Part shown: piece by piece, positions 24,210 to 31,733 of the stretch
Layout: each line of letters begins with the position of its first letter
Position numbering within the stretch: position 1 is the stretch's first letter
Source of the DNA: an uncultured Dehalococcoidia bacterium
GTDB lineage: Bacteria; Chloroflexota; Dehalococcoidia; Dehalococcoidales; UBA1222
Direction of reading: 5' to 3'
DNA: 64,000 bases
Assembly (NCBI GenBank): GCA_903844845.1
Contig: CAIMVG010000008.1
Span: forward strand, 12,672 to 76,671
Translations under genes and position numbers: made by a program
The notes under the pieces: generated by a model
The model's database searches: none
What the model saw: only the letters and a program-made list of their open reading frames with translations
What the model was told of the DNA's origin: nothing

Positions 24210-24653
24210 TTATGACCCATTATTTTCTGCCGTATCTCGGAGGGGGACATCGGATGGTTGGTCGAGTGCTTCGGTTTTGGCGCAAAAGGGGCATTTAGCA
24301 CTCTGTTTGCGGGGAGCATCGATTTGCGGGAGATGTTTCTCCAGGCAACCAGGGCTTGTGCTGATTATCTGGAAGCTGCCCCCCTCTATCCGTATTGCCT
24401 TGCCGTTCAGGAGCGCATCAGCTACTTTTGTCCTTGCCGAGGATAGAACCCGCTGGAATGTGGAACGGGAGATTTCCATACTGGCGGCGCCTTCAACCTG
24501 CTCCAACCCCTCGAGGTCTTTCAACCTAAGCGCTTCGGCTTCTTCAATGGAAAGGTGGATTTCAGTTAAAAAATGCAGAGGTATCCCCGCTGGCTTAAAA
24601 TAAGTGACATCGGGTAATGCAGACACCATGCGGCATTTCTTAGATTTAACCAT
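24210..24653 (-). CDS. DUF134 (UPF0251) predicted DNA-binding protein
   Basis: YFKPAGIP...LSIEEAEALRLKDLEGLEQVEGAASMEISRSTFQRVL (sigma70 region-4-like HTH). C-terminal CPFC. Confidence 0.8.
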   Translation of the reverse strand: MVKSKKCRMVSALPDVTYFKPAGIPLHFLTEIHLSIEEAEALRLKDLEGLEQVEGAASMEISRSTFQRVLSSARTKVADALLNGKAIRIEGGSFQIISTSPGCLEKHLPQIDAPRKQSAKCPFCAKTEALDQPSDVPLRDTAENNGS

Positions 24654-24662
24654 ATATTAGCC

Positions 24663-24691
24663 TTGACTAATGAACATATGCTCATTATAAT
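24663..24691 (+). promoter_or_regulatory. Consensus promoter (TTGACT-17-TATAAT) containing copy 2 of the 20-nt block
   Basis: The plus-strand promoter faces the DsrE-like gene. The 20-mer at 24670-24689 fills the spacer and -10. The minus strand also reads TATAAT (24689-24684), 31 nt upstream of the DUF134 ATG. Confidence 0.6.
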
Positions 24692-24755
24692 AAGCTGAAT
24701 CAGGTCCAATGTCAACCTTTGGTTCCCTGAAAATAACGATGGAGGAATTTAAACC

Positions 24756-25109
24756 ATGAAGCTGCTTATTATTCTGAATGGGAATCCCTACGACGGTTCG
24801 GATGTAACCCGGAATGCTCTTCGACTTGCTGACTTCACCCTCAAAGCATTAGATAACGTGTCTCTCTTCTTGATGAATGATGCGGTGGACCTGGCAAGGG
24901 AAGGCGTCTTACCAGGAGCGTATGATACCAATCTTGGAGGTATGCTGGCTGAGTTGATAGCTAAAGGTGTCCCGGTCAAAGTGTGCGGCACGTGTCTGAC
25001 TCGTTGCGGAACGGCCAGAAATCTGCCGCTGATGCGTGGAGCTATCCAGGCCAAAATGCCTGAATTAGTAGTCTGGCTTCAAGAAGCGGATAAAGTTATC
25101 TCGTTCTAA
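24756..25109 (+). CDS. DsrE/DsrF-like sulfur-relay family protein
   Basis: MKLLIILNGNPYDG...VKVCGTCL. 117 aa. Confidence 0.75.
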   Translation: MKLLIILNGNPYDGSDVTRNALRLADFTLKALDNVSLFLMNDAVDLAREGVLPGAYDTNLGGMLAELIAKGVPVKVCGTCLTRCGTARNLPLMRGAIQAKMPELVVWLQEADKVISF

Positions 25110-25163
25110 TCTATGCCGACGGAGTCCATTACAAACTTTTCAATAACCTCGGGTGATTAGAAT

Positions 25164-25664
25164 ATGGTTGTTAGACTTATCAGATGCTTGCCCGATCCCG
25201 TATTGCGCAAAAAAGCAAGGCGGATTGCGGTGGTTGACAAATCGGTCCTTAACCTCATTGAGGATATGATAGACACATTGAAAGATAGAAATGGTGTTGG
25301 TCTGGCAGCTCCGCAGATTGGGGTAACTCTACGGGTAATAGTCCTGTCCATGCCTGATGAAGTGCCATTTGCCGTGATCAATCCAGCCATTGTGAAGCGC
25401 ATCGGTGAGCGAGAGTTGGTGGAGGGTTGTCTCAGCATACCCGGTTACCAGGGTAGGATAAAACGCGCAGTTTCAGTAACAGTCAAAGGACTGGACATCC
25501 AGGGTAAACCGCAGAGAACAAAGGCCACGGGGATGCTTTCCCAGGCATTAGAGCATGAGATTGACCATCTTGATGGCATCCTTTATATCGATCATCTGGA
25601 AAGCCCGAATAAGCTTTATAAATTTGACTTCGAACAATCCGAAGCCGCAGTCGATAACCTGTAA
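25164..25664 (+). CDS. def: Peptide deformylase
   Basis: GVGLAAPQIG, EGCLSIPG and HEIDHLDG. Confidence 0.95.
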   Translation: MVVRLIRCLPDPVLRKKARRIAVVDKSVLNLIEDMIDTLKDRNGVGLAAPQIGVTLRVIVLSMPDEVPFAVINPAIVKRIGERELVEGCLSIPGYQGRIKRAVSVTVKGLDIQGKPQRTKATGMLSQALEHEIDHLDGILYIDHLESPNKLYKFDFEQSEAAVDNL

Positions 25665-25796
25665 AATGGCTTCAGGGATTGATCTATTATTTCAGATTGG
25701 CAGCGGGGGCATATCTGGAATAAATAAATTGGATCACATTAGATTATGAGGCTACCGGATGAGACAAAACCAGCGTCGAACGACAGGCCTAGCAAG

Positions 25797-26010
25797 ATGA
25801 CAGAAAAAGATAGTGCCCACCAAATACCAATTGCAATAATCAGAGTTGGGTGGCTTTCCCTAGGCGTAAATATAGGATTAGTTGCCGTTAAACTCACCCT
25901 GTCTTTCGCGACAGGCAGCCTGGCGCTCCGCGCTGACTCTATTCACTCAATGGTTGACGTTTTTGTCTCCATCGCTCTGATTGTTGGTCTCTTTATTTCC
26001 GGCCGCAGGT
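25797..26010 (+). pseudogene. N-terminal stub of a cation diffusion facilitator (CDF) transporter
   Basis: GSLALRADSIHSMVDVFVSIALIVGLFISGR is CDF TM2-TM3-like. Similarity stops near 26007, and the ORF then runs into unrelated sequence. Confidence 0.5.
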
Positions 26011-26049
26011 ATTGTGATGCCAGCTTGACGATATCTGCTCGAAGCCGCT

Positions 26050-26257
26050 CCCCTAATACACCGGGTTCGTTGTAGTCCGCCGCTCCGTGGTAGAGAAACT
26101 CCATCGCGAACATCGTTTTACCGGTGCCCGCCGCTCCGCACAGGAGGGTCGGCCTGCCTTTGGGCAAGCCGCCTTGAGTGACATCGTCCAGCCCATAAAT
26201 ACCGGTGGGGGATTTTGGCAGAGCGGTGGAATTGGCAGAGGTTTTGGCTTTAGGCAT
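26050..26257 (-). pseudogene. N-terminal stub of a KaiC/RecA-superfamily ATPase
   Basis: GGAGG RBS. TGIYGLDDVTQGGLPKGRPTLLCGAAGTGKTMFAMEFLYHGAADYNEPGV is KaiC-like with a Walker A. Similarity ends after about 68 aa, where the ORF becomes antisense of the CDF stub. Confidence 0.5.
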
Positions 26258-26486
26258 AAATCACACCTCCAGTTAAACGGCAAGCATAAGTTAACCGCAT
26301 AAGAATATAGCACGTGCCCAGAGCAAGGACCATAGACTTTTGCGGATAAATTGGAAAGTTCACACCAACTGATACGCCAGTCGGGGATCCTATTGAACTG
26401 CGATGTGATTCCCTATATAATTGCCCAATTCCATCCCGGCTCGCCTTGAAAGAGCGGAAATTCTCCGGTTTTATGAGAGGTGCATC

Positions 26487-28706
26487 ATGGCAGCTATGCG
26501 GACAAGGCCTAAATCACTCGCAGGACGCGTCAAGTGGCTTTTCACCATGGACGGACTCCCCGCATTAATCTCCCTGATCCTGGGTATCGTCATCGGGTAT
26601 TTCCTCAACGGTATCGTGGGGCTTGTGGTGGGAACTCTTACCGGCCTGGCCGTGTTGAAACTTTTCAAGCGCCTGCCTTTACGTTTTTCGCCCTGGCAGG
26701 CGGTGGTGATCGATTGGTCACCTGTACTGGCGAAGCTGTGTTTTTCACTGGCGTTTCTTTTACCGTTCGCCGACTACATGATGCTGCCGGACAACATCCA
26801 TAACCCCAATACCCTGCCCAAATACCTCAGCATCATCTTCGTGATACCCAAGAACCTCTTTCTGAAACCGACAGGGGATATATTCCCGGGTTTCGTTTTC
26901 ATCGTCATAATCGCCGTGGTCCTCATGTACTGGGGCAGCCTGAACCTCGGCAAGGTGAAGGGCCTGATCCTGGCATTGCTGGGCCTGCTGCTTTACACGA
27001 TGTCCCCGACGATCACATCGACGATCAACGGCGACGCGCGCCTGCGCATCATCGGCGCATTTTTCGGGATCGGCTACTATTTCGCATGGATAGCCATACT
27101 GCTGATTCTCGCTTCCAAAATACTGAAGCGCTTCCTTAAGGTCAGGCACGCCCCCGCAAAAATGGCCGGCGTGCTGAACCTTTTACCTCCCGTGGTAGCC
27201 CTGGGCGCATTGAGCCACTTCATGCACGGCCCGTCCGGGCATTCTTCCTTGTTCGCGATGTTCGATTTTGAAAGCGAGCATCATATGTGGGCGTCTTTTA
27301 TATCTGCCGGCGTTTCCGGCTTCAGCTCATCCGCCATCGTGGACGGGGCCGATGAAGGGGATGATTCCGGCGATTCAGATGATTCGTCCGATTCTGAAGA
27401 TTCGGCCCCTCCCTACCAGGCGCCTGAAGACTATGGCCCGTCGATCTCCACCAATCCCAATGACCCGCCGGGAACCACCGTCCAGGAGCATCCCGACGGC
27501 AGCATCACGAAGGTAAGGCCCGACGGCACTACTTCAACTCTCTTCCCTGATGGAACAGGCGTGGCGACACTCCCGGACGGCACCAAAGGCGTCCTGAGCA
27601 ATGACGGGGCCGCGGTTTTCACGCTCCCCGACGGAACCAAGCAAACACAGTATACCGACGGAACTGTTTACGTAGAAGGCACCGATGGGGAAAAGTACGT
27701 CGAGTACCCCGACGGCACCAAGAAGGATTGGACCCCCGATGGGACCCTAACCGTCGAAAAGCCCAATGGTGATTATGAAATCACCACCGCAGACGGCAAA
27801 ACCGGCGGCGTCAAGCAAAACGAAGACGGCAGTACAGATGTTACCTCTCCTTTCGGCGGCACTCTTCATTGCCCGAAAGAAGGCAATCCCGAAGGCACCC
27901 TCACCACCAAAGATGGAGACGTCATCTCTATGAATGGGGACGGCACGGGAAGCGTGACTTCCTCCAATGGCAAGCTGGATATAGACAAAGACGGGAATGT
28001 GTCCGGAACCTACGATGACGGTAAGGGCACCACGGCGACCTGGGGGAAAGACGGCTCCGAAGAGATCCATACTGCGGATGGCGACAATATCATCTCCAAT
28101 CAAGACGGCATAAAAGCCAATTTCCATGACGGTTCGTACATCAACGGCGATGCCGACGGCAATATCACAAGTGCCCACGTCAATACCCCCGAGGGTACCA
28201 TCGACGTCAACACGGACGGGCAGGGTGTCACCCACATCAAAGACGACAAGGGCAACTGGGTCGATGTAAAGGACGGCGCCGCCAGCGGCGCACATATCAA
28301 AGACGAGCAGGGCACCGTTGACATCAATACCGACGATAAGGGCGGGGTACACGTAAAAGACGACAAGGGCAACACGATGGACGTCAACAAGGACGGCTCC
28401 GGCCAAACCAAAGACGCCGACGGAAACGTTGCCGAACAGGATAAGGACGGAAACGCGTCTTTAACTACTAAAGACGGCGTCAAGTGGGTTGCGCCGAAAG
28501 ACGGCTCCGGTTTCATCACCGACAAGAAAGGCAACAGGATCGACATGGGCAAAGACGGGTCGCTGGACGTTAAAGACTCCAGCGGGAAAGTAACACACTA
28601 TACCGCCGACGATGTTGGGCAGATGACGGCACAGGCAGTCAAAGACAACCCGGGAGTCGTCAACCCCTTCGACATTTTTAAGGGAGGTAAAAACAATGGG
28701 AAATAG
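26487..28706 (+). CDS. Large polytopic membrane protein with acidic linker and about 400 aa of PDGT/KDG beta-strand repeats
   Basis: ATG at 26487 after GAGAGG. About 7 TM helices. DEGDDSGDSDDSSDSEDS linker. Dozens of 9-11-aa repeats (PDGSITKVRPDGTTSTLFPDGTGVATLPDGTKGV...KDDKGNWVDVKDG...). Confidence 0.8.
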   Translation: MAAMRTRPKSLAGRVKWLFTMDGLPALISLILGIVIGYFLNGIVGLVVGTLTGLAVLKLFKRLPLRFSPWQAVVIDWSPVLAKLCFSLAFLLPFADYMMLPDNIHNPNTLPKYLSIIFVIPKNLFLKPTGDIFPGFVFIVIIAVVLMYWGSLNLGKVKGLILALLGLLLYTMSPTITSTINGDARLRIIGAFFGIGYYFAWIAILLILASKILKRFLKVRHAPAKMAGVLNLLPPVVALGALSHFMHGPSGHSSLFAMFDFESEHHMWASFISAGVSGFSSSAIVDGADEGDDSGDSDDSSDSEDSAPPYQAPEDYGPSISTNPNDPPGTTVQEHPDGSITKVRPDGTTSTLFPDGTGVATLPDGTKGVLSNDGAAVFTLPDGTKQTQYTDGTVYVEGTDGEKYVEYPDGTKKDWTPDGTLTVEKPNGDYEITTADGKTGGVKQNEDGSTDVTSPFGGTLHCPKEGNPEGTLTTKDGDVISMNGDGTGSVTSSNGKLDIDKDGNVSGTYDDGKGTTATWGKDGSEEIHTADGDNIISNQDGIKANFHDGSYINGDADGNITSAHVNTPEGTIDVNTDGQGVTHIKDDKGNWVDVKDGAASGAHIKDEQGTVDINTDDKGGVHVKDDKGNTMDVNKDGSGQTKDADGNVAEQDKDGNASLTTKDGVKWVAPKDGSGFITDKKGNRIDMGKDGSLDVKDSSGKVTHYTADDVGQMTAQAVKDNPGVVNPFDIFKGGKNNGK

Positions 28707-29037
28707 CTCGGACCAGGAAATCATCAAGCTACTCCTGCAAACGAAACACATCAGAGAGAAGCTGTATAACCTTCACGGTAAAACGATAAAAAGAGCTGCC
28801 GCGATGGATAGCACGGCCAAAGCGAAATTAACACAAGTGCATGAAACGGCCAGACTTGGTAACCTGCTGGAACAAAGCGCCAGGCTACATCCCAGAAACA
28901 CTGCGGGGGCAAGAGGAATATTATCATCGGTGATGCAAACAAGGGCGGCGCAAGCCACAACGTGCCCAAAATGCGGGGCCAAAATAGTAGAGGGTAACGC
29001 CTTCTGCGCAGCTTGCGGGGGCAAATTAAAAACTTAG
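28696..29037 (+). CDS. Zinc-ribbon protein
   Basis: C-terminal CPKCGAKIVEGNAFCAACGGKL. The start overlaps the upstream stop by 11 nt. Confidence 0.6.
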   Translation: MGNSSDQEIIKLLLQTKHIREKLYNLHGKTIKRAAAMDSTAKAKLTQVHETARLGNLLEQSARLHPRNTAGARGILSSVMQTRAAQATTCPKCGAKIVEGNAFCAACGGKLKT

Positions 29038-29167
29038 CCAGTGCGATTGATTATCAGCATTTAAGAATTAAACCCGCTTCCTCATGGAAAAGTGTCAGAA
29101 ACAATCGTGAACTACGTTCTATATGGTTTGATGAATAACAAATAAGCCATAAAAAGGGGTGGCGCCT

Positions 29168-29914
29168 ATGCCTGACCAAGCTATAAGTATAGAGAAACTC
29201 ACTTTCAATTATGGCCGTCTCAAGGTAATTAACGACATCTCCCTGGAAATTCCCAAGGGAAGCAGTTTCGGATTATTAGGTCCCAACGGCGCAGGCAAAA
29301 CCACTCTGATCAGGCTCCTGACAGGGTTATTGAAACCCTCCAGCGGCAGCATTTCATGCTCGGGTAATCCTCCTTCGCCAGCCAACGCCAAAAACATCGG
29401 TTATATGCCCCAGATGCCATCACTGTACTCAGAACTGACAGTTAAACAAAATATTGATTTCTTTGCACGCATCTATGGCATGAGGGAAAAACACCAGCGA
29501 TTTCAGAGAGTTGATGAAGTTATCAAACTGGTTGAACTATGGGCCAAACGCAACATCTCAATAACCCAGTTAAGCGGCGGCATGAAACAGCGGGCCAGCC
29601 TGGCCTGCGCCATTGTGCATCAGCCTCCTTTATTGTTTCTGGATGAACCAACCGTTGGTCTTGACCCGGAACTCAGGGCCCATTTCTGGGAATATTTCGC
29701 ACGCCTCACCAGCGCGGGTGCTACTTTAATCATATCCAGCCACACCATGGATGATGCCGCACACTGCGAAAAACTGGCTTTCATGCGTGAGGGGAAGATA
29801 ATTGCTATGGGGTCACCATCCGAACTCAAAGCATCAACCGGAAAACCGGATGCTAATCTGGAAGATGCATTTCTCTATTTTGTGAGACTCGGGGAGGTGA
29901 CGGCCAATGTATAA
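29168..29914 (+). CDS. ABC transporter ATP-binding protein
   Basis: Walker A GPNGAGKTT, signature LSGGMKQR, Walker B LLFLDEPT. Confidence 0.9.
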   Translation: MPDQAISIEKLTFNYGRLKVINDISLEIPKGSSFGLLGPNGAGKTTLIRLLTGLLKPSSGSISCSGNPPSPANAKNIGYMPQMPSLYSELTVKQNIDFFARIYGMREKHQRFQRVDEVIKLVELWAKRNISITQLSGGMKQRASLACAIVHQPPLLFLDEPTVGLDPELRAHFWEYFARLTSAGATLIISSHTMDDAAHCEKLAFMREGKIIAMGSPSELKASTGKPDANLEDAFLYFVRLGEVTANV

Positions 29915-30638
29915 CATGTTGACGATCGCCCAAAGGACGATTACACAACTGCTGCGCGATCCACGAACCCTGGCCCTGATATTGATCGTTCCACTGGTGA
30001 TTTCCAGCCTGATAGGCTATTCTATGCCTTCCAAGGACCTGCTGAATTCCACGTTACCAGCCATCCTGGCGATGTTGGTTCTGTTTTTTGGGTTTCTTCT
30101 CAGCGGCATCGCCTTTCTAAGAGAACGTTCTCAAGGGACCCGCGAACGGTTAATGGCTTCACCGGTATCCAGGCAAGACATCCTTATAGGTTATCTTCTT
30201 GGTTTCCTGCTTTTTACCATGATTCAAACCCTGATACTCTTTTTCTTTTCCATATGGGTGCTCAAAGCCGATTTCACCGGCAGCCTGTGGCAGATTATCG
30301 TCTTCCAGATCTTGATAGGCATACTGGCAGTTTGCCTGGGAATCTTCATTTCTGCCTTTGCCGGAAATGAATTCCAGATGATACAGTTCATACCTCTTAT
30401 AATCGTGCCTCAGATATTTGTTTGCGGATTATTGTTCCCGGTGGACCAGATGCCGATTTTCCTGCAGTGGGTATCCAGATTTCTGCCCCTGACTTATGGT
30501 GTGGATGGCCTCCGGGCTATGATGTTGCAGGGAAAAAGTCTGACCAATATAGGCAAAGATATCGGAGTCTTGGGCGCTTATGCTGTCGGCTTGATGCTCC
30601 TGGCAGGGATCAGCTTAAGACGAGGCCATGGTGCTTAG
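29907..30638 (+). CDS. ABC-2 type transporter permease
   Basis: Six-TM protein. The start overlaps the ATPase gene. Confidence 0.85.
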   Translation: MYNMLTIAQRTITQLLRDPRTLALILIVPLVISSLIGYSMPSKDLLNSTLPAILAMLVLFFGFLLSGIAFLRERSQGTRERLMASPVSRQDILIGYLLGFLLFTMIQTLILFFFSIWVLKADFTGSLWQIIVFQILIGILAVCLGIFISAFAGNEFQMIQFIPLIIVPQIFVCGLLFPVDQMPIFLQWVSRFLPLTYGVDGLRAMMLQGKSLTNIGKDIGVLGAYAVGLMLLAGISLRRGHGA

Positions 30639-30690
30639 AGTTGAACAAAATACAATAACAGGAAGAATGGATTCATTGGGAATAAACAAG

Positions 30691-31380
30691 ATGAAAACCG
30701 TTGGACTAATCGGCGGTATGAGCTGGGAAAGCACAGTGACTTATTATCAAGTCATAAACGATACAGTAAATAAAAGGCTGGGGGGCTTTCATTCTGCAAA
30801 GATAATACTTTGTAGTGTTGATTTTGCAGAGATTCAAGAATGCCAGGCCATTGGTGATTGGGATAAGAGCGCAGATATTTTGGCGGATGCTGCACAACAA
30901 CTGGAAAAAGCCGGCGCTGATTTTATTTTGATTTGCACAAATACTATGCATAAAGTCGCTCCACAAATTCAACAGCGAATCAACGTTCCAATTATGCATA
31001 TTGCAGATTCAACGGCAGATGAATTGGTGAAGAACAATATTAAAAAAGTAGCGCTCCTTGGCACAAAGTACACGATGACGCAGGACTTTTATAAAGAGAG
31101 GCTCGTAGCCAGAGGAATTTCAGTTATCATTCCGGATGCAGAAAGTGTTGAGTTTATAAATCACGTTATTTACGATGAACTCTGTCTTGGAATTATATCA
31201 GACGAATCTCGAAAGCAGTTCGTACATATCATCGAAACATTGAAGGCATGCGGTGCGGAAGGCGTTATTCTTGGTTGTACCGAAATTGGTTTATTGATTC
31301 ATCAAGCGAATGTCTCATTGCCCGTGTTTGATACTACGCGAATTCACGCACTATTGGCCGCTGCAAAACTGATTAGTTGA
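30691..31380 (+). CDS. Aspartate/glutamate racemase family protein
   Basis: GLIGGMSWEST. Catalytic Cys regions ILICTNTMH and VILGCTEI. Start uncertain (30628, 30667 or 30691). Confidence 0.85.
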   Translation: MKTVGLIGGMSWESTVTYYQVINDTVNKRLGGFHSAKIILCSVDFAEIQECQAIGDWDKSADILADAAQQLEKAGADFILICTNTMHKVAPQIQQRINVPIMHIADSTADELVKNNIKKVALLGTKYTMTQDFYKERLVARGISVIIPDAESVEFINHVIYDELCLGIISDESRKQFVHIIETLKACGAEGVILGCTEIGLLIHQANVSLPVFDTTRIHALLAAAKLIS

Positions 31381-31404
31381 ACCGGTGTTTTCATAAATAC
31401 CACA

Positions 31405-31430
31405 GAAGGACGGAGCTATCCCCGTCCTTC
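31405..31430 (+). terminator. Hairpin after the racemase gene
   Basis: GAAGGACGG-N8-CCGTCCTTC. No U-run. Confidence 0.4.
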
Positions 31431-31450
31431 CGTGTGCAAAAGATCAGTTT

Positions 31451-31672
31451 TTAAGTCTTCTGATTTTGGCCTGTCACATCTCTCTTATGGAATAAGTAGT
31501 AACCCAGTGCGATGAAAACCAGTGAATAAACTCCCAGCGTAATGAAAGCGTGGACCACGCCGGGATTCACGTTGGTCTCGCCACCGGACATACCGAAACC
31601 CTGCGGCAGTTTGTTAGGGGCAGTGATGGCCGTATAAAACCATGACCCTCCAGTATCAGTAACGTGAACCTG
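31451..31672 (-). pseudogene. Possible C-terminal remnant of an ABC-2 permease
   Basis: Open frame ...SWFYTAITAPNKLPQGFGMSGGETNVNPGVVHAFITLGVYSLVFIALGYYLFHKRDV resembles the last helix and tail of ABC-2 permeases. No upstream body. The internal ATG at 31591 would give only 46 aa. Confidence 0.3.
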
Positions 31673-31733
31673 CTATATCTTAACAAAACCTGCGCTTTAC
31701 CTCAGACTGGTCATTGAGTTATATCCAGGTGAG

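Noticed and set aside
25943-26257. Treating the 104-aa ORF as an intact small KaiC-like protein, and 25746-26075 as an intact CDF-like protein.
   Set aside because: Only the first 68 aa and 87 aa, respectively, resemble their families. The remainder of each ORF is the antisense of the other, so I interpret them as truncated stubs.
27747-28552. Minus-strand ORFs of 219 aa and 150 aa inside the repeat-protein gene. Similar shadow ORFs occur at 32031-32963, 35311-35733, 36818-37444, 38372-38956, 49738-50244, 51424-52068, 52787-53278 and 63052-63675.
   Set aside because: They are antisense to genes with strong domain evidence. Their low-complexity or mirrored composition points to shadow ORFs.
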